64,000 bases of DNA, from NCBI GenBank assembly GCA_903813345.2, contig CAIIXF020000001.1, positions 8,494,001-8,558,000 on the forward strand, written 5' to 3'. Position numbers and translations under genes: made by a program. How positions within the stretch are numbered: the first letter of the stretch is position 1; every line of letters begins with the position of its first letter. The notes beneath the pieces were generated by a model, which saw only the letters and a list, made by a program, of their open reading frames with translations, had not been told where the DNA came from and did not search any database. Source of the stretch: Owenia fusiformis (Eukaryota). This document shows, in pieces, positions 1-25,900 of this stretch.

Positions 1-687
1 GTCATGGTCCATACATTTTCAATAGTTATCTTGGAATTTCCTTGCTATAAAGAACACATGTTGGTTGATATGACAAATAAAGAAATCAATTTTAACCGTG
101 AGTTATAAGGATGTCAAATGTCATTAAACAATAAGACAGTTGGTTTTGGGACTCTGAAAAATGTTCCTCTCACAGAGGTATTCCACTGGAGGTGTGCTAC
201 TTCACTGGTTTCACTGTATTTGTTTATGATATTCATAGGCTATGCCTTCCTATTCAATTGATGTGGGGTTTTTACCATGCAAGAAACTTCAATGTATGTG
301 ACAGTTTATAATTTCCAGTATGCCATTTAAAGGGCCAACAAGAAATCACAACATATTTTGAAGCATAAATTTTTTTTTATAATCTGTTTTATTTCATTAT
401 ATACAAGTACAAATAGTTTCTGATATAAGTGACCAATCGCTATGGAAGGATAGCATTATAGGTTCACTTTAAGCATAAAATTGACTATAGTATTTTTCAC
501 ATTATTGACAATGTTAAATAAATGAATGTGTAAAGAATCAAATGCAGAATATTGGGCAAAACTGAGATCTGAACATACATATAATATACAGTAAAACAGG
601 TGTATGTAAATATATTTCTAAATTGAACATCTCAAATGTAGCAGACTTTCAATCTTATTTTTGGATATTTCGTTGACTCCTTATAGG

Positions 688-798
688 CAGGGGCGAAGGA
701 ATAATGTACGCAGATATGCAAATTATAATAAAGAAAATTTAACACATTTCCTTATACTTATTTGTGTAGGGTTGAATTTACACCTTTCTACGCCCCTG
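688..798. mobile_element. 111-bp MITE, hAT-like CAGGGGCG ends, 6-bp TSD
   Basis: Ends CAGGGGCG...CGCCCCTG, flanked by the direct repeat TATAGG (682-687, 799-804). Lies in the probable WDR33 3' UTR. Confidence 0.7.
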
Positions 799-1340
799 TA
801 TAGGTAGTCATCATCAAAAATAGGCCAGATTTAGCTGTATTGTAAATGGCATAGTAATTTGGGAAAACGTATACCACATTGGCAATAAAATAAAGCATCA
901 ATTTCCATGAATGAAAACTGAGTTTACTAAAACCCTAGGAAATCAAATGAGAACAGAAAAAGATTAAGAATAAACAAAATGATCTGTCTATACATCATAC
1001 CTTTATAATAAATGGCATTAGTAAATATTGACCACACACGTTTAACCTAACTGGCCATTTGGTTTGTGCTCATTGCACACTGTATGAGATAAAACCCTGC
1101 AATGACTCTCAATATTTATAGTATCACTTGAAATGCGTTTTAATCAATTACTTTGATTTCAATAGCAGCTCGATGATGCATAAAATGCAGTGAGACACTA
1201 TTTAAACAAAATGTACAATATCTGCAATACAGTGTGTATATTGTTCCATTCTTGTCTATTATTGCAGTCTCGCTATATGTAGTCGTATTAATATAAACTG
1301 AGCAGATGAGCGTGTATCATCATCATTTAAGTGCATAATA

Positions 1341-14161
<12,821 letters not shown>

Positions 14162-14312
14162 GATGTGGGACTGAAAATATAAATAACATGATTTGAAGTG
14201 GCAGAAAGGGTAACAAAGCAGTTATTATACTGCAAACTGGTCTTGAAAGAAGCTTGGAAAGAATAACCTTAGCCTAACAAGGGGGCAGAGACATATGAGT
14301 TACAACTTTTTT

Positions 14313-15097
14313 CATGGCCTGACTGCGTCGGTAGAACTAGAAATATAAGAGTTACCTAGAGATTGGGAGTCTTACTTACCTTCAAGTGGTTAGAACACAC
14401 ATTTCAATGAAACCATTACACCTTTGTTTTGTTCATGATGAAGCATAATCACAGTACTTGATTGAAATTTGTGTAAATGCTTTTTGACTCTTCCATTTTT
14501 CCTGGTGTTGACTTCCGGGAAGGCGTTGCCCCTATCACGAAATAATGCATTGACCTTGAACTTTAATTTGATGACATATTATCCAACCATGTCTGATGTG
14601 AAAAGAATTAGACAATTAAAAAGAATGTTTTGCAGACGAGTTTTGGACAGGGCATGGAAGGATGGCCTGTTCTAAGATAGAAGAAACTGCATGATCTACA
14701 GTGTAACTATTGGTCTGAATGAAATGCTGCGCAGAAAGTATGAATGGGTCGTCTGCTGTATTAGTCTATTAACACAGTAGGACTGGTTCGTGATGCTTTA
14801 GACCAAAATATAGAAGAATACACACATGTGTAAATCATGAAATCAACGAACAAACATTCAATTTTCACATATGTTGGTAATTTCTTGTATTGAAACTTCC
14901 GGAACTTACAAGGAAATCATTCATTTTCACGGTCCATATTATACCTCTAGGATATTGTGCTAAATGCTCTATGGTTGACGCAACAAAGGTGAAAGGGTTT
15001 CATTGAAATGTTTGTTCTTACCCCTAGAAGGTAAGTAAGACTCGCAATCTTTATGTAACTCTTATATTTCTAGTTCTTCCGACGCAGTCAGGCCATG
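14313..15097. mobile_element. MITE with about 70-bp TIRs (CATGGCCTGACTGCGTCGG...)
   Basis: Inverted repeat 14313-14383 vs 15027-15097. No clear TSD. Confidence 0.75.
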
Positions 15098-15318
15098 AAA
15101 AAAAAATTAGTAGGCCTACAGTATGTCTCTTGGGGCTTCTGTTCACTATGGAATATCCTACAGTGCTGATATATAATAATAAAGGGTGCGCTTTCAAACT
15201 GCCCTGTCCTAAACTCGTCTGCAGAAGAGACCACAAAACATTATTTTCAAATACTTAATTATTTTTACATCAGACATGGTTGGATGATATGTCACAAAAT
15301 TAAAGTTCAAGGTCAATA

Positions 15319-16605
15319 TCATTGTTTCAGCCAATGATGCCAACAAGCAGATAGACGTTATCATAATGGACTTTGCTAAAGCCTTTGATAAGGTCTCTCA
15401 CCGTCATCTTGCTTATAAGCTCGACTACTATGGCATCAGAGGACAAACCAATGCCTGGATCTCGGACTTTCTGTCTGATAGAACCCAGAAAGTCCGTGTG
15501 GATGGTGCTTCATCTGAAATCGGACAGGTAACATCTGGCGTGCCACAGGGAACGGTATTGGGACCGATATTATTCCTGCTGTATATTAACGACCTCCCAG
15601 ATGCTCTACAACATACAACCCTCCGATTATTCGCTGATGACAGTATCATCTACAGAGAAGTAAAGACACCACAAGATGCCACTCTACTGCAAGAAGATCT
15701 GAATGCAGCTGTAGAATGGGAGAAAACTTGGCTGATGAAGTTTCATCCTGACAAATGTACTGCATTGTTTGCCAAGTTAAATCCCAAAATCTACAAGTAT
15801 GAAATGAGTGGACACACCTTGGAGCATATACCATCTGCTAGCTACCTTGGTGTTACCTTACAAGACAACCTCAAATGGAACCAGCACATAGACAAGTCTA
15901 TATCCAAGAGCAACCAACTTCTTGGCATGCTGAGAAGACACCTGTGGAAGGCCCCTCGCCACACAAAGCAGATGGCTTACTTTACTCTTGTAAGACCAAG
16001 ACTGGAGTATGCTGCTGCTGTATGGGATCCACACACCCAAACCCACATAGCTGCACTAGAAATGGTCCAACGAAGAGCTGCACGCTATGTGATGAATGAC
16101 TACAGCCGTTACAGCTCAGTGACAACAATGCTGAATACACTACAATGGACACCACTTGAAACGAGGAGACAGCAACAACGGTTGACGATGATGTATAAGA
16201 TCAAACAACAACTTGTTGCAATCCAACCAGACACATACCTCATGCCTCTCCAGCGCAGATCAAGGACTTCAAATAGTGAGAGCTTCCAGAGGTACAGTTG
16301 CAGGAAGGATGCAATGCTCCATTCCTTTTTCCCACGCACCATACCTGAGTGGAATATACTACCCGACAGCATTGTATTGGCAGAGAGCTTAGACCAGTTC
16401 AAGACTAGTCTAAGGGCTCACTACCTTACACCCATGCCTTAATCTTATACTGTCTTTTAACCTATTGTTTTAGCTTTTTATTACCTAACACTGTTTTTAG
16501 CTCATGAACTTGTGTTGATGTTCATGTTTTAACTTTCTCGTACTAACCCGCGATATAATGATCAGTAAAATTGATCAATCGTGTATTCAAATGATGAATG
16601 ATGAA
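15319..16605 (+). mobile_element. 5'-truncated non-LTR retrotransposon (LINE; CR1/RTEX-like)
   Basis: Uninterrupted RT ORF, short T-rich 3' UTR and an ATGATGA tandem tail. Inserted in a MITE, antisense to WDR33. Confidence 0.9.
15366..16442 (+). CDS. LINE reverse transcriptase, C-terminal portion (358 aa)
   Basis: Motifs DFAKAFDKVSH, GVPQGTVLGPILFLLYINDLP, LFADDS, YLGV, LVRPRLEYA..VWDP, SFFPRTI.EWN.LP. The endonuclease domain is absent. Confidence 0.9.
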   Translation: MDFAKAFDKVSHRHLAYKLDYYGIRGQTNAWISDFLSDRTQKVRVDGASSEIGQVTSGVPQGTVLGPILFLLYINDLPDALQHTTLRLFADDSIIYREVKTPQDATLLQEDLNAAVEWEKTWLMKFHPDKCTALFAKLNPKIYKYEMSGHTLEHIPSASYLGVTLQDNLKWNQHIDKSISKSNQLLGMLRRHLWKAPRHTKQMAYFTLVRPRLEYAAAVWDPHTQTHIAALEMVQRRAARYVMNDYSRYSSVTTMLNTLQWTPLETRRQQQRLTMMYKIKQQLVAIQPDTYLMPLQRRSRTSNSESFQRYSCRKDAMLHSFFPRTIPEWNILPDSIVLAESLDQFKTSLRAHYLTPMP

Positions 16606-17135
16606 TACAGTATTTCGTGATAGAGTCAGAGCCATCCCGGAAGTAAACACGAGGAAAATGGAAGAGTCCAAAAAGCATTATCACAAATTTCAATCAAGTA
16701 CTGTGCTTATGCTTCATCATGAACAAAACATAGCTGATATGGTTTCATTAAAATGAGTGTTCTAGCCTCTAGAGGGTAAGTAAGACTCCTAGGCCTAATC
16801 TTCAGATAAATCTTATTTTTCAAGTTCTACTGACGAAGTCAGGCCATGAGATCTACTCTATAGGTAAAAGTAAAACTGAACACAACCATGACAATAATTC
16901 TGCATTTTGTTAATGAAAGGGTGAATATTCTGTGCTCGATACTCTGGAACATCACAGACTACTAGAAGTTATGCTACTGACTAAAGAGCATAGGAAAAAA
17001 ATAGGAAACAAAAAATTATTTTCAAAAAATGAAAAAGGTTACCCATTGTTTACAATCTAAAAACCAAATTGCATGATCAAACGCTAATCTAACTAATACA
17101 TTATGTCACTGTATTGATAAGGAATACATGCTTAC

Positions 17136-17260
17136 ATTTTTTTATCCTCGATAATGCAAATAAAATATGCTTCAATGAGAAATAGTAGAAACATGCACAC
17201 TTTCTAACGCCGCCATTTTCTTTAATCCGGAAAATACCGATAGCAGACGGAAGTTAACGA
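17136..17260 (-). promoter_or_regulatory. probable WDR33 promoter and non-coding first exon
   Basis: CpG-containing stretch with a YY1-type AAAATGGCGG motif (minus, about 17210-17219) and ETS-type CGGAA motifs. A GTAAG donor lies at 17131-17135, and the first coding exon has an acceptor at 14171-14172, so an upstream exon is needed. Confidence 0.55.
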
Positions 17261-17513
17261 TGAAATACAGGGAGCGATCATTTCAAGCAAGTGAATAGCG
17301 ACTTTTGCTACATGACTTAACACTTTCACTTTAAAGCAAGCGGAGTTTCTTGAAAAATGATGCCATTTTCAAAAACATCGAACATTGTCACACCAAACAA
17401 CACTGCACATTTCCACTACTGGGCCTAACTTCGAAACAAATGGCCCGAAACTTATATGACCTTTTTTCTCCCCGGATCCGTCAGTCGATATCTCAGTCCG
17501 AGAAACCCATAGA

Positions 17514-17751
17514 CAGTGGCAGATCCAGGAACCAACAAGGGGGGGGGGCAAATTCTCGATCAGAGAAAAAAAACTTCCGAAAAATTTTGAGGCCAAATTT
17601 TGAAGAAAATGGGCCTCAAATTTCGAAATTTGGGCCTTAGAAGTAATGAACAAAAAGGCCCACTTTTTGGGGCCTTTTTTGGCCCAAAATTCTTTATTTC
17701 CTGGGCCCAACTTAGGGGGAGGGCCCATGGCCTCCCTTGGATCCGCCACTG
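17514..17751. mobile_element. hAT-like MITE with 5-bp TSD
   Basis: TIR CAGTGGCAGATCCA / TGGATCCGCCACTG, TSD ATAGA on both sides, GGGCCC-rich interior. Confidence 0.8.
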
Positions 17752-19948
17752 ATAGATACCCTGTCATTTGTAGATAATTTTGTAAAGTAAAATAAAGAAA
17801 CCATAAAACTAAAAACTAAACTGATAGATGCCAGTCAGATCGTTTTGTAGTAGGAGCTCATAGGCTCAAGGAATATTTATTGATCCTACTACCAAACAAT
17901 CTGACTGGCAGTCTGTACATTCACATACCAATATCCCCGCCAAAACGAATAAGCTTACATTGTTTCGCACAGAAAAGCAATGTTGCCATATAATTACAAA
18001 TAATCATCCTGATTCAGTGTGATAGATGTAGAATCAAATATAAAACAAATAATCATCCGACAAAAGAATTCACTCATGCAGACTGGATTTATTGCCATTT
18101 AATTTGAAATAGGAAAAGGCGAGTGTTGGAACTTGTCATGGTGCTATCTTTATTTTATACGCTTTAATATTTTGTAGTTTATGTCTTTTGATACCGTTGC
18201 GAGTGATCAAAAACATTTGGGGCTATGATGTTGTCCTGCTCAGCCAATAGGGCTGCTTCTAAATAGGGCGAGGTTAAAAGAGAACTTGTTAGTGAGCGTG
18301 TACGGATGACCCATTTGGGTAAGTGTCCCCTCTCTTAGTGACCTATAAATATTTCCTCAGTCTTGCTTCATCAAGCTTCGGACCTATCCTCAGAACGATA
18401 AAACGTAGTATAGGCTTAGTGATACACTTTTTAAAAACTTGTGAGTGAATGTGTAGAATTATGGTCCTCTGTGGATTAGTTCTTCCATTTGTAGTGTTTA
18501 CTTGGCCGATTGAGTATAAAGGTAGACGAAGAGTTGTAATTAGGGGAAAGTGAATTGAGAGCGAGACAGTAATCCCGGGGGTCGAAATATTACACGCTCA
18601 CGCACAGATTCTCTTAAAAAAAACGTGTAATTGAATTTGTAATAAACGTGTTATTTGACCTCTCCACCTTGCTTCCTAATGCATCCTGATAAAGACCAGT
18701 GTGTGCACAATTCTTGAAAAAAGTGTTAATAATTGGAAAACAGGGTCTCTTGACTCACTTCTATATCAGTTTCTCTTCCCATGACTTGACCTTTCTATCA
18801 ACAGTAACCTACATAAATGACCTCTACATTTAAAGCTTTGGATTTTAAGATGACATGACCTTTCATAAAGAAGCTTTACATCTTTAGAACACAATGGTCT
18901 TCAATCTTAATTTACAGAGAACTGTGAGACTTTGACCAGTGAGCTATCAATGTGATCTTCGACACCCTTCACTAAATGCTAAACAACTCTCTTGTCAACC
19001 AGAGCAGGTTTGGTGACCTATATGTAATATGAAGTTACAATTCCAAATAATCTATTCAACTGCACGAAATTGAAGATAATTAAAAATGTTCTGTTTGTAT
19101 ATATTATCTTTGGGAACTCTAGTTTCAATGATATTTCAAAATAATAGTTATAGAAAATACAGGCTAGTGGCAGGTCAAAACATTTGTTTTTCTATTTGCA
19201 AAATAAAGGATTAGAACGCTGTAAAATAAAAATTTCAGTGTTTTGAGGGGTTTAAATAGGCAAAGGCACAAATGTATATTTTTTATATCTATTTATTTGT
19301 TTTCAATATGACATTCAGTACAGTGCAACGTTAAAAAACAAAAACATTCACAGCTAGTTATCTGATAAAAATTGAGAGTAGACCTACAGTAAAACCTGTA
19401 CATCTCTTTAATCCAAACACCTCTCGATGTGAACATTTTTCTGTCCCAATTTTGATATTTCACTTTGACTGACATAAATGTGCATGCCTGCTAATGCAAA
19501 CTCTTCCAGTGGTTTCGGATCAGAGGGGTCTTACTATACTTACTTCTGATGAACAAATGCAATTGTCAATCCTTTATTTATCCTTATGTCATGATAGACT
19601 TCATTCTTAAGATGTAAAACTGCACCTTTGGTAAGGTGGACAGAAACTCCCTAAAAGACAAAGACAGTTAAGTATTTTTCTAGCATGAAAAAAAATATAG
19701 AAAAATAATTTAGTATGTGGACATTCATTTGGTCATGATTATTTGCAGATTTGTATGCTGGTGCAATGCAGCCATACACACAAATATCTGTATGTGCAGA
19801 ACAGTCTTATTCTGAATATATCTCGCTTGGAAAATATGCCACTTTACAAAATAAATTTTGATTTGATAGTATTGCATATTAATCCATTTTGACTTCATCC
19901 TAGCACTACTTTTTGTATCAGCAAAAACATTATGCATATTGTTCCACT

Positions 19949-22900
19949 TCATGTATCCATTTTCTCCTCTCCTGAGGGCACAGTGTCCTTGTTCTCTGGA
20001 GCTGGGGCATCTGCCTTTGGAGGTGCTGAGTCACCTTCACCCTTAGTGGTTGATTCTGTTGTAGAGTCACCACTGAAATACAAAGGGATAATATTAATTA
20101 ATCAAAGCATAAAATTAACATTGAAGAGAAATAATACGTTCATAAACTTTTCAAGAAATGACAATAAAAATCTGTGTGTATGAGCCAACTGATTTCAATG
20201 ATAAAAACAGAGTTGTCACCAGCCATGTTGTTGATGCATTGACAGAGAGTTTGTGTAAAGAGTTAAACAAGCAATCCTCATCCCAATTACTTGAATCGTT
20301 ACAAGAGATCTACATGTTTTGTCATGTTATAGACTTTGAAGTAGCTAAGCTCTACTCACTTTTTCACCTTGTTTTCTTCAGATTTTTCAACTTTGGACTC
20401 TGTTGCGTCTGATTTCTGTTCCTTCTCCCCTTCAGCACCATCTTTATCTGGAACATAATGTGTGTATGTACTATGTATAACATCAATTCACAACAGACAT
20501 GTTCATTGGCCATTTCTTTCTTTCCCCGGTTGTGATATCTCACTTCTATAGCAAATATGTCTTTCATTGAGACAGTATGATGACATTGGGATGGTCATAT
20601 TCATGAGATGAAGCATGGGATTTGACATGAACATTACATAAAAAGTGTACAAGGAAAATTCTTTCATTTTTCTTTATCCCGAGTAGTAACAGGAAATAAA
20701 TTAATTGCTTCACTGAGAGAGGTTGGTTACAGATAAATGAGCTGAGATGTCAAAAAAAGACATTTTAATAACGCAGATGCGAGTAGGTAGTTACCCGTTT
20801 CACCACCAGGTGGCTCATTCGGGTCAGATAACATGGCCGGTATAGTAGAAAGTTCCCTTTAACTTAAATTACATCTGTTTTCGTGGTTCAATTTTCATAG
20901 AACCCTTATGTATCTAATAGTTATGCAAATTAAAATATGCCCAGTAAAAGAAAATGTTATCTGTCCAATACAGGAAAAGATATTTCACTTTTTGTGATTT
21001 TGTAACATGGGGTCTATGGGGAATCAACCTGAACAAGAAGTCACATTTTCAAAAAAAAAAAATTTTTTTAAATTGATCGAACAATTTTCGAAACCACATA
21101 TCTCGATGTACTTTTACATGTAGATTTCAAATATGACATCACTTTGACTGAATTTTGAATATTTAATGACGTAAATCAAGATTATTTCTACTCGCATCTA
21201 GTCTATTGTGAGACTGCAACAGCTTTTTGAAGGTCTTATTGCCCGTCATCTTTATAAGCTTATTTCCTCTGTAGGATTCAACTATATGTTCTGCTATTTG
21301 CTATATCTTACCTGCGGTTTCTTTGTTATCATCATCATCGGTCTTAAGTTTCTTACGCTGGAAGCTTTGTCTGTCCCGGCGTCCATCCTCCCCCTCATCT
21401 TCACTATCGCTGTATACACCATCATCTGTGATACGTTTGTCAGTGGCACGTACTACAATCCAATCAACGCTCATTATTAAAAGTAAATTCTATTTTGATC
21501 ATTTTTTATCGCATGATACTTTAAGCTAAATCATTAGAGAATTACTCTTCAAAACACATACATATCCCCTGAATTCTCAACTTTTCAATTTACTCACAAG
21601 TGCTGACCTGCGTGCTACAGTTTTCTAAACAATTCAATGACATACAGTAGTATTGGACTTACTTGAGACTCGTTCATCTGGCTTTCTGTCATCTTCACTT
21701 TCTTCATCATTGATAGCATCTTCAGGGATATCTGGATTTAAATAAAATACTTTATCATTTATATCCTATCTATTTTATATTGATGATATCTGCCAACATT
21801 GGGAATTAAACATATTTTTGTGATTTTTGTAAAACTTGATTATTTTGAAAAAGGTTCATCAGTTCTAATTCTGTGAACTGAGTTCATGATTTGAAACAGG
21901 TTTTTCAATGTTTTCCACCATATAAGTTTTTGGATATAATGTTACACATGAACTAAATGAAACAGAAAACAATCTCACGTACTTTGCATTTGTACACCAG
22001 GGGCATGAGGTAACATTCTGAGATTTTCAAATAACCGAGTTTTTATTTTGTCCATATATTCTGTGGTGTTCTGATTTGCCATGTTAGATGGGCTAATGTG
22101 AAGCTTGAAGTCTGGTCCATAGTACTCAAAGTAGTCATTGTATGGTAGCTCTGAAATGCATCAAAATTTTTCTATCCATAACAAGTTTTATTGATAACGT
22201 CTACCATATAGTATAACATATTTAACATAATATCGCTCTTTAAGATAACATATAGAATATTGGCAGCAATGACCCTTTCAGATCAGCAAACAACCAGAAA
22301 ATACATGCTGATATACAGGATTTCAATTCCCATTTTTCATATTGCCAAAATAAATATGACAGAAATGTGGGGCAAGTTTTTTCAAATATTGCCTTTTGTG
22401 ATTCTATGTTTTGCATGAAATAATTTAACATTCAAAATTCATTGTGTAATGTCGTTAGCTTCTTACCATTTGCCACATCCACCCCAAGGGCAATTGAGGT
22501 TTCATATGTCCAGCATCTTGCCACATTACGTATGGTGTAACCACCACCCCCAAGTAGTAGGAGAGGAAGATTGTATTTCTTCATGAAGTCAACACATTTG
22601 CCATGACCTAGAAATACATAGTACATATATAATGCATGACCAATCCTGATGAATCACAATGGAGAAGTATCTTTATTATCATTATTAATTCAAGTAGGAA
22701 TGCTGATGAATAAAACACTGTTCAGATCTTTTCTTAATATCTCTCTTGTCAACTTAAATAACATTGTATTTTAGATGAAAAGGAGAGTTATAGTGTAATA
22801 TAAATTTGTTTTTCGTTAATTGTAGTTTGCGCATGCGTCGTAAAAATCTTCAGAAAAATAAAAATAAATTTTAACTTTGTTTATCATTTTTAGAAGTGTT

Positions 22901-25900
22901 TTGGAGTATTTTATGCTGATTTTTGGAAATAAATCAGTCCCTTAGGGATTGATATGTATGTTCAGTATTGAGTATTCCATACCTTTCAATGTGAGGTTGA
23001 AGCAGCCAAGCCTGTCTCCAGAGAGTGAATCTGCCCCACACTGTAACACCACTGCACTGGGTTGGTACATCTCCATTACCTTACACATTACCTATATATA
23101 CACAAATGCTACATAGTTAAAATTGCAAACAATGGAGTTCATAGGCACAATTACTACATGTAGTACTCATATCCTTACCCTAATTTTCTAAAGGTTCAAT
23201 TAATTTTTTAGACTATTCAAATCAATGTGCAGGACCTGGAATTCACAAACGAGGGTGCAAACAGCAAAAATGTAAAATGAGAATTCCAGGTACTCTATTA
23301 TAAGCAAACATAAAGAGACATACAAGGCTTTTTGTCCTGATATGATGATAAGCATGGTGATGAAAGACATTCTTAAATTTCTGGACAATGACAGTAGATA
23401 TGGTCTAAACATGCAATCAGTAAAAACAAAGCTAGAGCGAGACAAGACAATTATTACACAAGCAGTCATATATAAAGTTATATATGGGAACTGTTTATGT
23501 ATTTGGTGTGAAAATTACAATTATACACTTATATAAAATTGAGATATGGCATTGGTATTCAAGAAATCAAAGTAGAGATACTCCTTTGAAAGTTTGTCAG
23601 CCATTCACTTCATATATAAAAAAAAAAAAGCCATTCACTTCATGAACCATGAATTATATGTTCTATATATGGTTCATAGAATGGATATTTGTAGAAAACT
23701 GTGAATGACTATTATTTGGAGCCCTTTATTTATTTAAATTATTATTGAGTCATATTTCTTACCGACATGAAAATCCCTCTTGGATTATCAATTCATTGAG
23801 AAGAATCTTATATTAAATGTATGGTTGTATATGTATACTACATAGATAAATGTTTTGAAACCAGTCACAGCATGCATAAACCTACATTCCCACTTATTTC
23901 CATATTACACCAATGGGCCTAATCAATAAGCAATATTATGATGTCTGAAGGGGCCCAAATCTTTTAAAACTATTAAATGGATATGATATTTTGAAGTAAT
24001 TTGCATTTGTCTTATACATTTCCAGCATCACACTTTCATAGAAAGACTAATGTATTACCAGCAAGATGAGCCCTTATGTTACCATAGCAACTATTACCAA
24101 AGCAACATGTATCTATGATAAGTTGATAACATGGCAATGGAACATGAAATATGGTGAACTGCACATAAGCTCGGACCAGCCCTTACCTAGCCTACAAAAG
24201 TGACAGTACAAGGAGAGGTCTCAAAATGCAGTTAAGTCCATTCATAAATTAAGTGATTTTGAATTTAGAATTTGCTAATTGAAAAAAATATAGAAACATA
24301 ATTTACATTCCATTAGTTTGATTATGTAGAATGTAAATGGACAATTTTGAATGATAATAATTGGGTTATATGAGACATACTCCAAGCTGCCTGTAGGATA
24401 AGCTGGGCATGGGGACCAACACTTACTGGCTGGAATATTTGTTCATATGACTCATCGTTAATTCCATCTCTCAGAGGGAAGTTAACGGCGTAATATTTAC
24501 CCTTTCCCGCACCAATGTCCTATAATAGAGGAAAATGTTGGTGTCAGAGATTATAGACCTTACACTTCATTAAGATTGCCATGTGCAATGTGAAGGGTCT
24601 ATGCTAATTGCTGATACCATTTTCAGTAGTTTATAGGTCAGATGGCACATAGAATCTTCACATCACTGGCACATTTCAATATCTTCACAAGAAACCTACT
24701 GATTGAAATATTGTCTGGAATGAGTCATCATCGATGCCATCACGAAGAGGGAAGTTCACTGCATAGTATTTACCCTTGCCTGCTCCTATGTCCTACAAAG
24801 TTACAATTTCAAGGGAAACATGAAATACAATATTTGATCAATGTGTAAATGCAAACCTAATTCTTTGAAGACATGACTTTTATAATATTATCGATATTGA
24901 ATACTACGATTTGATGCAGGTATTTTCAAAGAAACATCAAGCTATTCGATAATTATACGAGTTTGATTCCTGATAAATTATTTTACATTAATTTCATACA
25001 TGTCATGTACATTATGATATATACAGGATACAATAACTGCATGTATTCAGTACTCACCCTGAGATCACCAGTGCCTGGGAAGTACTCCCCGTATTTATGG
25101 AAGGAGACAGTCATCACTCTATCTGTGGTATAGAATGCCTCCTCTACTCCATCACCGTGATGGATGTCAATATCTATGTATAACACACGTTGGTGGTATC
25201 TGCAATAAAATTGAGTATAACTTAGAAATATGAAATAGCGATGATCACTTTATGGTCTTCACTATGCGTCTCCTTGACAGCTTGTGGTTAAAAAATTAAA
25301 TTGAATTAAAATAAGTTGTATATTAATTATATATAAATTTGAGATTTACTTTGTGTTTTGTAACTTTTTAAACTTTTTTGTGCATGTCATTGAGAAACAA
25401 ATCTACCTGAAAAGATATGAATTCAATAAATGACATACAAAGATTTGAACATTGGTAAAGTCTTACTTGAGGAGTTCTAATATTCCCAACACAATATCAT
25501 TGACATAACAGAATCCAGAAGCCTCAGATTTCTTAGCGTGATGAAGTCCACCACCCCAGTTTATGGCAATATCTGCAGCCTGCTTGTTCAGTTTAACAGC
25601 TCCAGCTAAAAGAACGAGAGAACAAGTTACTTCAGAAAGTTACTTGTGAAATAATTATATTTTTTTATCTATATTATGTTCAATTAATAATTCAGCTCCA
25701 TACTAATTATGAATATTTCACAAGTTAAAATAGTTTGAACATCTTGTGTCATAAAAATAAATGTAATACATGTAATTACCCAAATGCGAGTAGGTAGTTA
25801 CCAGTTTCACCACCAGGTGGCTGATTCGGGTCAATTAACATGGCAGGTATATAAGAAAGTTCCCTTAAACTACAATATTATTAATTTAAGTGGCTCAATT

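Larger units (their letters stand above)
15190..16848. mobile_element. second, inverted partial copy of the 14313 MITE, split by the LINE
   Basis: 15190-15318 and 16606-16848 are reverse-complement matches to contiguous parts of 14313-14660. Confidence 0.75.

Noticed and set aside
18170-18710. Possible solo LTR between WDR33 and HDAC1 (TATAAA, AATAAA, ends in CA)
   Set aside because: I could not find a matching TG start with a TSD, and there is no second copy.
24079-24140. RFX X-box-like GTTACCATAGCAAC cluster
   Set aside because: The same motif occurs in transposon arms here (about 55955), and there is no independent support for function.
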